Below are positions 24,095-38,800 of a DNA stretch of 64,000 bases, in pieces (the first letter of the stretch is position 1; every line of letters starts with the position of its first letter). Source of the stretch: Trichinella spiralis (Eukaryota); the NCBI RefSeq assembly GCF_000181795.1, contig NW_003526943.1, positions 10,152,849-10,216,848 of the forward strand, in the 5' to 3' direction. Both the position numbers and the translations under genes were made by a program. The notes beneath the pieces were generated by a model, which had not been told where the DNA came from, did no database searches, and was given only the letters and a program-made list of their open reading frames with translations.

Positions 24095-27000
24095 TTACAA
24101 TCTCGTCTCGGGTCCGGGTGCGAGTTGAAGCAGAAATGAATCACGGATTTGAGCAATCTGCCGGGCGCAAAGTGGACCAAAATTTCTATTATACCACGTC
24201 TTGCATCGACCCCTGCAAGTCATATCATAATAGATGCATGAGTTGATTTGGCCGTTGAAATTGAATAATGAATGCGCAATTTTTCTTTTACATACCGAAG
24301 ATCGATTCTTGAAATGTAAGTAAGTCGAGAACGACCACGCCCAGCAGGCTCGATCACATATCGTGCTGCCAAACAGTTTGCCCTGACGTCACCGATCAGT
24401 TCTGTCACTTCGCTGTTAACTGAAAAAGCGACAAGCACGCATCCGCCTCTGAATTCAGGCAAATCAGTTTCCCAAATTCTGAACAAATAAAACAAAACAA
24501 AGCTAAGCTAAAAATAATTCCATCTATCCCCCGCCCCACCCAATGGTGGAGAAAGTTTGAGAGATATGATGAAGGGAAATTTACCTGATTGTGCAAAAGT
24601 CACGCTTCAAGTGCGGTGGTGTCTCTTGTTGCATGTACTGAAATACGTCGCAACGGTCGGTCAGTTTCTTAACAACTCGGCAAGAAACCATATCCGGATC
24701 CCAGATTTTTCTGCAAAATTATTACTGATATTGGTATTTATTATTTTTGCTTTCATTGAAGAAGCAGTAGCACCTTTCAAACAATATTCGAAAAAGTACT
24801 TCTTTCGGAGGAGCCTCGACTTCAGTCCAACAACGCCACAATTTCAGCGGAAATGAATCGGTAATTTTCTTCGACGTCACTTCAGCACCATGCCAGCTCC
24901 CTTCTACAATCCAACCTCTCCACTTGTCGTTGTGCTCCTGAATACATACATTTTGTCCACTAGTGGAATCAATGCAAATGCCCAAAAATTTGAATAAAAA
25001 TAATCACCTTGATCAAACTGTTGCAACAGACCGTGTAGTGATTGGACAAATCAAACGTTGCACCTTGATCTGATACGACAAAGTGCAAACGATTTTCAAT
25101 ATTCTTGTCAAAGCAACAACTTCGCAAAACATCTTCAGAAATCTGATAAATAATAAAACAACCATTTTCAATCATTAACATAATAAAACCAACAGAAGGA
25201 AGGATGGATCGATGGATAGCAATTTTACTTGAAAAATTTGATCATAATGCCGGATCATTGTCCCAAGACAAAGCTGAGCAGCACGATTTTCTTTAAGCTC
25301 CTTTTCAGACGGAAAGCCAGTGGTAATTGTCTTACGTCTCCAATTTGGATGACCAGTCGACATGGACCGAATGTAGAAAAGTGAAGGCGCCAAACAAATC
25401 GCTAAATTTTGTGCGTCCATCTATAAAATATAACAGTAATCCAATGAACGTTAATAAAATAAATTATGTTTAAATTAAAATTAAAAACAAATTTCAGTTG
25501 CATATGTTTTATTACTGTGTGTACCTGATTCACAGCGGAAACCTGAGAAATTTTGTGCAGAAAATGCAACAACGTGTGCAAAACTTCACGATTTTCGTCC
25601 GGTAACAACAATAATGCTTTTCTAATTGCGTCCATTTTCATCGATTCAGGCACATCTTAAAAGAAACAAATAAAAAAATCAGTGTACAAGATTCCGTATA
25701 ACCGACTGTAAACCAAACACTAACACAAAGATATATAAATGAATGTTTCTGACAAGTTCGTCGTTAGCAATTGATCAGGCAATTCTCGAAAATACAATTT
25801 TATCAAATCTGCAATATCCCACGCTTGATATTGGTCGAAATCGACTGGCTCTAAAATAAGTTAATCCAAAAATCATATATATATATATGTCTATTAGCTT
25901 CGTGTTTCATACCAGCGGAAGGATCATCGCAAAGTGATTTCAACTTTTGAATTCTCGATCGAACACCTGATTTTCTAAAAATGCCAACCGCATCCAAGGC
26001 GTTTGCTTCGATGTATTTCATCGCATCGTAAATACATTTTGGCAAAGGATGTCCTGTACGTTGTACAATCACCGATAACGCAGTGCCAAATACACCTAAA
26101 TGGTAAATGAAATAAAAATTATGATTATTCATAAAAACATATTAATAAAACCACCACCACTAACAGAAGAACTTCACCAAAAAAGATTTAAAATAAAAAA
26201 AAATACCTGTCGATGCAGTGGATTCAGGAACTTTCTTCCGTTTGAAAAATCGTTGCACACCAAACTGAAATCCAGTCGGCTTGGTGTACGGAACGTTCTT
26301 TTCCAAGATGGATGTCAAGTGAAGCAAAGCGTACTTCATTGTTAAAGTAAGCTGAGAAACGCTGAGTGCATCAATTTTCACCGGTATCTGAAGTCCATCC
26401 AATGACGGCAAATGGACATCTTGAAAACACCGTGATCGAGCTGTTAAGCTAAAAGAAAAGCATATACAGTCAATAAAAATTTAAAGAAAAAAAATACTAC
26501 TGTCGCACTGGCAATGTAATAGAAGACGAAATGACCTTTTGAGAAAGATGTGACATTATATATATATACTATTTGTGCAATACATTAATTAAGTTATTGT
26601 CAAAGTGGTGTGTCCATTAAGTGGGATGTTGAAGCTCCGATGAAAGTATTCATTAGTGAAAAACATGCATTATAGAAAAGAATCATCATCATTCATTACG
26701 GCACTAACATCAATGAGCTTTGATGAAAATGCAAAAAGACTGACATCATTGATCACCATCAAGATACAACTTTGTTTTTTAAATAACAACATCATAATAA
26801 ATAAAGTCAACATGTTTATTTAAACGTAAAATGCACATTACGACAAATGCAATGAAGCAAACAAAACGATTACAAGCTTCCTGAATGGAGAAAAAAGAAT
26901 TAAGTTTGTCATTCCCATACGACGTTCGATTGAAGTGAAAATGAAAACAACAACTCTTAGCTCTTTCCAAAATCAACTCAAAAACCATAATATGCATTAT

Positions 27001-30000
27001 TTTAAAATAAAAATTAAATTAAATTAAATTGAAAAAAGTTACACTATCGCTAATGGATTCCATATTCAGAGTTTTTAACATTTCTTCACGTGAAGTTTTC
27101 AAAGAATCGCAACTGTTTACATATTAAAATCAATTTATCAATTCCAAAGACACACTTTATGGATTTTTGAACTTTTCACTTTTTAATCAAATAAACATGT
27201 TTTCATTAATGTTCAAACAAAATATAAAATATACCCTCCTTAACCCCTCCCCACCCATTGGAGCACTACTAACTAACTTATACCCCAGTGTGCAATGTTT
27301 GGGGAAAATAAAAAAGAGAAAAGTGAAAAGCTACAACTATATATATACGTGTGGTTTGGAAATATCAAAGAAAAATCAAACACAACAAAATATACCTCTT
27401 AGATCGAGCTAATGCAGTAATACCAGCAACCCGGGATTTGCGCTTGTCACCGGCAAAAGAATCCTCTCTTCTAAGCCAAGTGCCACTTCGAATCAACGCA
27501 CCAGCTTTGTATGGCGGACCCAAATCCATGGCTGATTTTTTTCCATTTTCAAGTGTTTTCTTAGAAGTGAATGTCTCTTAAATAAATAAAATCATTCATA
27601 AATTGAAATATGTACGCTTTTTCTGATAAAAACTGAACTGAAATACTCATGTGAATTTGGAAATTTTATATAATGCACAACAACTAAATGCTAACATTTG
27701 CACAGTCGATTCAATGGATAGATAAAATATGACAAAATACGTACTGGACAATTTTTCTGTTGCCAAACGAATTTCAGGAGTCCACTTCTAAAAATACAAG
27801 TAAATTAACAATAATAAATGCACACATTATGTTCAACATTTATATACTAATACCGCTCTATCTATCTATCTATCTATCTATCTATATACACACATTTAGG
27901 GATTTTCTGTTGTTGCATTCACCATTCAACAGTATAAATCACAAAAAATTTATTTAATTCAAAAAAATATTACTATTTTTCAGTATTACATCTGATTTTT
28001 TCAGTGAGGGTAACTGAAAAGCTAAAGTGAAATTTACAACCTTCGATACAAACAGAAGCGTGGAAATTTTTATTGAGCATAACATTTTCATTTTATTCTG
28101 TTTTCTTTTTGTTTTGTTTTGATTTATTTTTTACTCCAATTACCCTCTAATTTGTTGACAATCAGAATGCATTAACAAGGACAAAAAAAATAAAAAGTGT
28201 GCATTAATTTCCTGCACTGATGATCAATCGGTGACTGATTCGAAAACTTACATTCTCACAATGTCATCATCATCATCATCATCATAAGGCTTATTTTTCC
28301 CTTGAAATTAATTAGTAATGGAAAAATCAATCTCAAGTTGCAATATATTCTGAACAAAACAATGCTAGATGAATTTTCAAAGAATGAACGGAACAAGACG
28401 AACATTTATCTATATACGCTCTGGTCAGCTAATGCAAATACATGTTGCATTTTATGCATCAATAATAATTATATTAAAGAAAAGCACTGCTGCTTTGCAT
28501 TTTTGCACAAATGCTTATACATATTACTATTATTATTTAACAAAATGTCTAAAATGCTCAAACATGCAATGCAGTGGTGGAGTGAGATTATTACAAGATA
28601 TGAACCTATATCACTTCCACTATTTGAAGAAAGCAGAAACAGCTTTCGAAAATAAAGTTCAAAACGAAACACTTATTCTCTCTACTGCAGTTGCTAAAAA
28701 ATATATAATAACTATATTCAAAAGAAATGTGCAACATTTTTACATATACATATATAAAGCGTAACATAAAAATTAAAAGCAAACAAAAATGATTACTGAA
28801 AAACAGTAATCGTACGACTGTCTATGAACAGAAGCACAATCACTCTCAGGAAACAAACAAACATTACATATTTTAATGTTAACTATTTTTACACGGACTG
28901 AAAATGATCTCTCTCACTCATTCACTGGCAATGCAATGAAGCAAATTGTGCATGCATGAAATGCAAAAGTAGAAAGCATCGAATCAACTTGAAACGCAAC
29001 AAACAATAGAGAACGAATAATTAATTATTACTTATCTATTAATGAATTAAGCAAAAAATGCACTGAAATAATTCAAAAAATGAAATTTCAAAATTATACC
29101 AAAAATTCATCGAATTTAACAAAACTTTAAAACTTTGAAAATTTATTTTACAAAAAAGGCTTCCTATTGTTGGCCATTTATTTCTATCATAATTATACAA
29201 GAAAAAAAATATACATTCAATTGAGATGAAATGAAATGAAATGAAGAAAATACTTAAAAGGGAAAACAGAGCCATCCAGTCAATGCTTTGAAAAAGCTTT
29301 TAGTGATGAATTATGCGATGACGACAGATCTCATCAAAACGCGCTTTGTGACTAGCCCTCAAATTACACTCTGCTATAATTAGAAGTGCTGCTTCGGGAT
29401 AAGAAATACAATTGAATTCAAATTCTGTATTAAAAAAAAAGAAAAAGAAAATAAATGTTTGGTCAGTGCTATTTCAAGTTGAATTAATTTGCAAAAAAAA
29501 TATGAAAACATCTCAAACTGCAAATTTCGCACAATTAAACATTTTGCATTATATTTGCATTTGAAAATTTTCAAATGATCATCGTAAACAGTGGATTCAA
29601 TCATAATTTCAATATTCTAAAAAACAAACTCCTACTACAATAATTCTACAGCATAATTTTAAAGAAAATTTCTGCAAATAAGTTATTAGTAGCAAACAAA
29701 TAATAATTGTACTAATTTCTTCCACAAATTTGCAGCATAATAAAATGGTTTTATGAAATTGAGGTGATTTTCTTTTAAATTGCAAAATGGAAAAAAAATC
29801 TCTAACATACTGAATTCTTATTATTAGGTGCACATTGGGATGCCGACGTACTGCGTGGACGAAATGCAGCAACATGCAAACGCATTATTCATATATACAT
29901 ATATATATATATTAGTATTTCTTATTATTACAGTGAATAAATAATGGGAAAAGTGTAGCAAATATAGCACTTGCACACTGCAGATATATTTATTTCACTT

Positions 30001-33000
30001 GTGCAATGGAACAAACAAGCCAACTGAAAGTTGAAGTTCTACGCCAGTAGCAGCACTTCTGAGCAGTTTTTTCCCTCTCCGTAAGTTGTGAGAAAATTCA
30101 ATTAGCCTTGACGCTGCTGACTGTTAAATTTTTGGTTATTTTTCGGTCCTTGCCCAAAGCTCGATCGATGGAAACAGACGAAACCCAACGGTAAGAATAG
30201 GATGCTGTGCAGATATTGTCTATTGATTCGATTGTCGAAAAGTTATGCAGCTTTGTGCAAATATAGAATAGTTTATACTGGGATTCGGTGAAAATGGTTC
30301 TCCAAAGACGCTATCCGGTTACGCAATTTGCCAGCCTACAGAAAATGAACATCCGCCGGATCAGATTTCTTTGCCAGTCATTTCGATCGTTTGTTTCGTT
30401 GCGAAGCAAAATCAGATTTTAAAGCAAAACAAAACAAAATTCACAAATACACAAACAACAACGACAAAATGTGGCAAGCATCAAACGTACTTACTATCCC
30501 AAGCAAATATGGAAATATCTATGTTGTAATGCAGCAATAATAAACGACACGTTTTTTGCCTATTTTTTCGTCACCAAACGTCACGTCATCATCAAAGAAA
30601 GCCATTAATAAATGAATTGACACGAAGAAAAAAAAGAGCTGACAATTGGTTTTAACTCAATTTTACAAATCATTACACGTTTCATTTTAGGTTGATTTTC
30701 ATAACATTAAAATGGAAAAAAGAGAAACTGTCACAGTTGATTATTTATTGCCCATCTGAGAAAATGTTGCTTACCTACTTGAGTGTTTCCTTTCGAGCAT
30801 TCATTGAAACGTGAACAAGAATATTACCCCGCCCAACTATTTTTACCCTTTCACATTTGACAAACATGTGTGGAGATGTGGACAATTTTACAAAAATAAA
30901 ATTAATCTCAAATTTTACCTCTATACAATATACAATAATATTTATAATAATAAACCATTACAAGAGGGTGGCTGTGAGGTTTCTTTCGTTGAATAAAACA
31001 ATCGAATTGAATTGAAACTGAAAACCATATCCAACTCAAAAAGCATGAAAAAAATACTGTGTTCATGTAGACGATGATGGATCTACATAGAATGAATGAC
31101 GAGTTGATAAATTTGATAAAGTTTGTGAAAAGTGAATTTAATCATCAAACATCCCTTCGGTTTCGATTATTGGAAACGGCATACAAAAAGTATTGTCCAA
31201 TTTACTTAACGCGGCACAAATTGGTTTATAAATCTTTGAAAATTGAATTAAACAATGATCAGTGTTTTAAATTAAACTATCTTTCAAAGTTTAAAACTTT
31301 TCAATAAGAATAATTGAATAAATGCAACAATAATATGAAAATGCATTTTTCACAGCAATGGGGTCGTTGAATGAATGAATCCGCTCAACGAGTGGGAAAA
31401 GTAATGAAAAGAAGAAGAAAAACCCTCGTACACACACTGTACAGAAATTAAAATAACCCATCCACTTTTGAACAAGAAAAAAATATTGAAAGTTATTCAA
31501 CATTTTTCAATATGAAATTTCATATTTTGACTCGATAATCACACACTGACGTAATATTTTTTCAATTACAATTTTTTTGATCGAAATTTAAGCAAAAAAA
31601 GAAACGTTAAATATTATCATTACTTATCATGTGAAAGAAACAAAAAAAACAATTGTAAAATAAATTTGAAATACTAATTTCATTCATATTAAAATTAAAA
31701 CTGAAAACCTTCGGCATAATTGAATCCCGTCCACCATCACAGGATACGAATTTACTGAATATCAAGTTCGATCAATCAACGACACAATTCGATATTCTCT
31801 GTTTTGCTTTTTTTTCATGTACTTTCATTTGAAAATGTGCATTCGTAATTTTCAACCAGGCGAGAAAGCAAAATAAAATTGCCATTTTTTTGTAAAAAAT
31901 AAAAAATTATTCATTTATTACCAAAAAGTTTATTAATCGGCAAAAAAATGACGATGATGCTGATGATGCACACGTGATGATGGCATCTATTTTTGTCTTG
32001 GAATAATGGCAAGAAAAAAAATGTTTTTATACCCTTCCAGAAGTGAAGAAATTATCGCAAAAGAGATCTTAACAAAAGTTGACAAGTAAAATGCATTATC
32101 AGTAACTAGTCGTGATGCTGTTTTTCGAAAATTCAAAAAGTCACGATTGACTGACTATACACACATTTAAGGCACGGTAATTGTGAAAATGGAATTTCAT
32201 GTAGGAATAACAACAGAAAAAAAAATAATAATAAGGAAACATACGAAAAAGCATCAGTTGTCAAATTTTGTCATAATGTAGAAATTTCAAAAATTAATTA
32301 ATAAATATAAAAATTTGCAACATCTCAAACGTCCAAACGATACATCAATTGGATCATATCTAGATATATTTTTATAGGACAGAAAATTATTTCTCAACTA
32401 TCACTGAGCTGATTATAAACGAATGTATATTTTATGCTGAAATGAGGAAAGTAAAATTTAAAAAAAAGACATGCTCAAAAGCAAGCATAAAATGATAAAC
32501 AAGAAATGCAAATAAAATGCAAAATTGCATCACTACCAACAACAACCAATAAATATGCTGCTATGTGCGGTGCTCAAACCAGCCTTATCCGTTCAATCTC
32601 TCTTGCAGTAGTAGCAGTGTGCAATCTGGCTGCTAAACTGCAAACAGTTGCGCATCAATTATTAAAAAAAATTAAAAAATAATAATACTAACAACATTGA
32701 ACAGCTAGGGAAAAAGGAAGGGAAAATTTGACAAAGTTATCTTCAGTGAATGAGGAAGTGGACGACGATGAAAGAATAAAGTAAGAAATAAAAAAAAAAA
32801 TTCCTCCTCAGCTAGTAAATAATATACAAGATAAAGATGGAACTTGTTGAATCGAATTTTTCAAATTCCAAATCCAACCCCGCCCCCTCCTTCTAAAATT
32901 CACAAAAATAAAAATTAATAGACAAACGTTGAAACACTTACGTGTGCTTGACCCTTGGGCATTTTCAACGGTAGCAGCAGTACCAAGTGTGCAAATGGGA

Positions 33001-35827
33001 ATAACAACAGTGTACCACCTGCCCACCTGCATACTTATTACCTACCTACCTACCTACCTCTCTTCTCCTCTTCTCTTCCCCCGTGACAAAAATGCACCAT
33101 CGTCGAAAAAGTGATAACCCAAATTAAATTAAGACACACACCCATTTCAATTTCAATTTCAAAATGAATCAGTGAGAAAATATTTGACAAGTCTCTACTA
33201 TCTTGCTACTACTACCACTACTATGCCTGCAGAGTTGAATGGACAATGAAACAACACTACAGTCAAATAAAAGCCCCTGGACATTGTACCAAAATTCGCA
33301 TATGTAGAACACGACAATATCTTACGTCAGAATCAAGGCTGCTGTCGTCGTTGCTGCCACTGCTGATCACACCGGTGACGGCTGAAAAGGAGAACTTCTT
33401 TTTCCTTCTCGTTCCATCATCATCTTGGGGAGATTTAAATCGCCCAACAACAGCACCGTCCACCGAATCATCCTGCTCCACCACAACTCGTTGTTCATCC
33501 GGCTAAATTGAACCACAACACATAACAACAAATCACACGATCAAAATAACACGTTTTTATCTTTAATCAATAAATGACAACAATTCAATTTCATACATAC
33601 GAACACAAGATATATATATATACATGTGCTTTTTCCTTGTTTTCAAATAAAGTAATGCAATTTAGTAAAGAAAAAAAAAACACTTTTCATACAATAAATA
33701 CATCCAAGCACCCATAACCCATATTATCGAAGTGAACAATTTAAAAATTATTATACAAATTATTTATTTTTCTCTTTAAAAATTAAAAAAAACTAAATAC
33801 CATTGAAACACTGGCCTCGTTTCTTTATTAGGTTGAATAAATTTTTATTCGCAAAATTGAGTACAAAACAACAATAAAATTTTCATTAATTACAAAGAAA
33901 AACAGACGTTGTAAAAACTGTACTTGTTAGAAGCTTGAAAAGCTTATTATGAAAACGAATTATTACAATGAGTTTTCTGAGACCAATATGCTGATGAAGA
34001 TATTCTTATCTTTTTACAATAATATTTCAACGCTGGATTAATATAATATAACTTCTGAAAGTTTGGACTTGACTCCCACGAGAGAAATAAATGAACTTCA
34101 AGTTTTGCATAAATCCAACTCAATTATTAACAATCAGACATAGTTCAGTACAACGACAACAGACAACTTTTTATCCAAATCAAATAATAACCACTATTCT
34201 GCATAGTTGGTATTCTGTCGTCGACTCTCTGACGTAAATTGGTTGGAAAAGTTCATCTGCTAAATTAGAGCTTTAATACCTTATAAAAAAAATATCTTTT
34301 CTTCCTCATTTATAAAATTATATTCAAAAATGACTACTAATTAATAAATATTTATAGGAAAAAAAAGAAAAAAAATCAAAAGCAGCAATTGAAATTCCTT
34401 GGTGTGTACTTTTTTCTACGATAGCCGAAATATTGTGTACATTGTGCAAATTGTGTGCTCTGTAAAGCAATCCATACAGCCATTAGCTTTATTTTATCTC
34501 TTCACTTGTATACTTTTTTCATATATTATTATTATTATTATTATTATATGTCAAATATCATCATCCACCAATCCAACATTTTGACCGTTGGGATTATGGA
34601 GAAAAAAATTACTTATTTTTCATCGTCCAAATTTTGATCCATTTTATTTAAAAAAATGTTAACCTTTGAAAAATGTTCAACTTATACGTAATAACAAATA
34701 AGTTCGAATAATCAAATCAGTGGAAAAATTACTCGGGCAATGTACAAATATGTAAGCTTCTATTTCTTTTTTTTTCTCTAAAATGCAGATCCAACTAATA
34801 AACTATAAGCTGACCAACTGAATCGACTGAAATATTTGCCTAATAACAAAGATATTTTTTTTTTGTAAATTCATCTCAGCAAAGAAGTGCAATTTATCGA
34901 CGATCCATCCATTCAAATATTGCCACAGCTGCAAAAATGACGAACGCATCAAATGCATCGGACGAAATTTCAATGCAACCTGATTGCACACGCATATTAT
35001 TATTATTATTACACTAACTACCATTAATTAGTTGAGTAGTAGAAGTACAAATTACATTCAACGATGACAATATTGACAATATGATAACAGCACACACAGT
35101 TATCGGATAATAATTTGATCGAAACAAAAAATAAACCAAACTGCATCAAATCATTATTTAAATTTTGAAAGCATCCCCACCCGTGTTACAGAATGTTATC
35201 CTTCCTCTTTCTGGTTCATTTTGCTCATTTCAAATTATCAAAATAATATAATTTTTAAAATTTTGTTCAAAAATTTATTATTTCAAAATTCAATTTAACA
35301 AGAAAAAAACAAGAGCAACTTCGCCTATAATAAACGACAAAAAACCATTCGTCGTCAATTTTCAAAGGCGTGCAATAATAATACAAAATAATGCCTGTCG
35401 ACAATTTCCATTTGTGATCGAAGTGAAATTTCAATTCAAACGTCGAATGCTGCGCTCAAGACCACACAGACACGGACGAAAAAGAATAAAACATGACATG
35501 CCGAATAAAATCTACTCAAGTTTTGACGATAATTACAAAATTTGGCAGCAAATTTCCACTCCGCAATTGTCAACGCTTTTTAAAAATCACGAGAAAATAA
35601 TTACCACCCTTTGAAATGTTTGCCAAAAAAAATTCAAATTTAATTTAAAATTTATTTTCCTCTAATCAATTTTTATTTTAATTTTTTCTTTATGCTCCAA
35701 TACAGTTGTTGCTCTTTTCTATTCGAATAAAACAGACAAGAAAAAAAATGGAAATTAATATTCAAAATATAAAACTAATAATACCTCTTTCAAAAATATG
35801 CTTCAACATATTGATCAATGTGAAAGG

Positions 35828-35864
<37 letters not shown>

Positions 35865-38800
35865 GCAATGTGTTTGTAAATATAATTATTAAAATTATTA
35901 TATGCTACATTTTTTTAAAATCATCATTCAGTTCATCCAACGTGTTAACAACAATTAATAAAATCAATTATAAAAGCAAACGCATTCCGTATTAACTTCA
36001 TTTTTTCTAATCTTTACCATCATATTTCATATATCAACCTCTTTCACTTTGATCAACCAGACAATTCATCCTGCCTTATTCATTTGTTAAAAATTTGTAA
36101 TTTCAGTGTAATTTATTTTTTAATAATTCAATTTCACGCCAATTTCACTATTCAATTAAACAACCGCCAACAGACTATTCCCTTCTCCCCTCCCCTCCCC
36201 TCTACACAGTCACTTCTCTCTTTCTCTCAATTTCATCATTATCGTACATTTTTACAATTATACACACACAATTATTCATTTATTTATCATAAACTTCAAA
36301 ATTGTAAATTCTCATTCCATTGGCATTCAACTGAAATAACAATGAATAAACTTTTGTCGAGTAAATTTTCACCACAGTGCTGCTGCAAATTGGAAACAAC
36401 AAATATTTTTTTCGCTGTGTAATGGTGTTGCAACAGAATACAACATATTTCATATTCATCAGATAACAACAACTCGAGATTATATTACATATTGCTTTCA
36501 TACAGAGTTGAAAAAATTTTTACTTAAAATAATAATAATTATTATTATTATTACCTCCTCCAATTAGAAAACCATTTAAAAATTAAATTTAATTCCTTGT
36601 ACAAGGCCAGAATTAAGCGCGGCAAAAAAAGGTTTGAACTTACCGAAAATTTGTTGCACGCCTGCTTGGAACCATAGCCGGGGACGGTTTTCGACGACGA
36701 CGACGACGACGACGACAACGACAACGACGTCAAGTTGCTTTGGTCAGGGCGCAAGATTGGGTGCGGTGCAATTGGATCGTCCGGTCTGGATGTGGAACTC
36801 TGGTGGAATCGGACCTGAGTTTCGGGACTGCTGAACGTGGGACTGAGGCTCGAGACGACGCTGTTTTCGTCCGACTTGTTGTTCAACGTGGACATTGTCC
36901 AGTGATCGCTTCTTCTCGCCGTCGGCTGTTCGAAAAATGTCACCTGACAGCGCTGCTGACCAGTGGCCGCCGGTTTGGGTCTGTTCGGAGGTTTGGTGGT
37001 CGGCTCGCGAATGACGTTCAGTATTTCGGCTAATTTGGGATCGTCGAAGCGGTCGTCCGCGGCGGCGACAAGCAACAAACGCAGTGCTTCTTCGAAAGCT
37101 TGCTGCGAGCTGAGTCGTTTGGTGGCGCCGTTGGACGATCGATCCGATTCGGACGGCAACAGAGCCGCCGTTGCAGAGGGCGTGGCAATTTTTTGATCTG
37201 CAACGTCTGAAACTGACGAGAGGGAGTGACAAGAAGAAGAAGAAGCAGAAGCAGAATAGGAAAATGCAAAAGCAGATGATGATGATGATGATAATGCTGT
37301 TGTGGCTGTGGTTGTAGTTGTTGTTGCTGTTGTCGTGGTGGTCGTCGTCATCATTGGGGAACCTTCAGAATTTGGACCGGATATTTCATTGTCGGCCAAA
37401 AAGCCGTTGTTGCTCAACTCTCCGGACATACCGTTGGCCAGGATCGAGTCGGTCTCGGAACGCCAAGAGAAACTCGAACTGCAAGACAACGACAACGGAC
37501 TCGTCTGCGTGCAGGCGTCCACATTTCGCCTGCTTTCGTCGTCGACGCTGCCGGTCATCAGATCGCAGCAGAGGGTGTGGTCAGTAGTCCACATTTCCGC
37601 CTGGCGCCTGGTTTCGACCAAGTCCGGATCCAGTTGCGTGGGCGGCGCCCAAGTTGGACGGCTGGCACCACCGGAACGCCGGAAACGGGGAATCTGCGAT
37701 TCGACCTGCTTGATCAACTTGTCCACAACGTGCCGCACCGAACGTACGGACAAATGGGGCGGTGGCGACGCATCGAATACTGACGACGAGCCGCAACTGT
37801 TCGTCGACTGCTCATCCGCAATTCGGGATCCTTGGCCGAAGCCGTTCAAAATTTCCTAAAAATTATTTTCATTCTCAAAAAACTCCAATTCTTTTTATTA
37901 AATTAATCATATTATTAACAATTGGAAATGACCTTAAAATAAAATTTTAACACTTTTTTTTCAAAATTACAACTACTACTACTTCATTCACGCACATTCA
38001 AATAAATCCATAAACAATAAATTACCATGCAATAATAATGGAGCAATTCACAATTTTCTTTTTTTTTCTTAATAATGTCAAAATACACGCATACACGCAC
38101 GTGCATATATATACATATACATGTTGTATACATATTTATTTACTCATTTATTTTTATACACAGATGTCAGCATTATTTGTAATAAATCATTTTTTGCTAA
38201 ATATGTGATAAATAAATAAATAAGTTTACGAAAAAAATTTTACGCCAACATGAATTTTCATTTCACAAATAAACTCGATTCAATTCAATCACGATCACTG
38301 AAGACAGTTTAAAAGCATTCAATTTCGTTTTATAAATAATATTTATTACTAATTCTTCATTTATTTATTACTAGTTTTTATCTTAATGATCATCAAATAT
38401 ACATATATATAACCTGTACTTTTCAAATATGTAAGTGCGCTGAAGAGATAACAGGTGCAAAGAGTAGGAGGCATTTATTGAAAAATTACACCAATATACG
38501 TAAAAAGCAAACGTCGGCCAACGCATAAACGCGTCACTCACTGCCTTTGAAGTTCCTACAAATTATCACTGGCTGCTATTGAAAAGTCAACTGCTGACTG
38601 CACCTTAAACTGATGTTGCGATGTTAATAACATGTTTACTTTTCACTAGCAGAATATTAGAAAACCATTATCAAATACATACACAAATTGCAAATTACCT
38701 ACGCACTATGCCCTTACAACTTTGTGACGTCAAGTAACAGATTATATCAAAATCATAAAAATTTTCTACTTTTACCATTATTATTATTATTATTATTATT

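Noticed and set aside
36634..37950. Many overlapping ORFs on both strands
   Set aside because: Expected from a GC-rich, triplet-repeat exon with few stops. Only the minus-strand frame has matching splice sites and phases.
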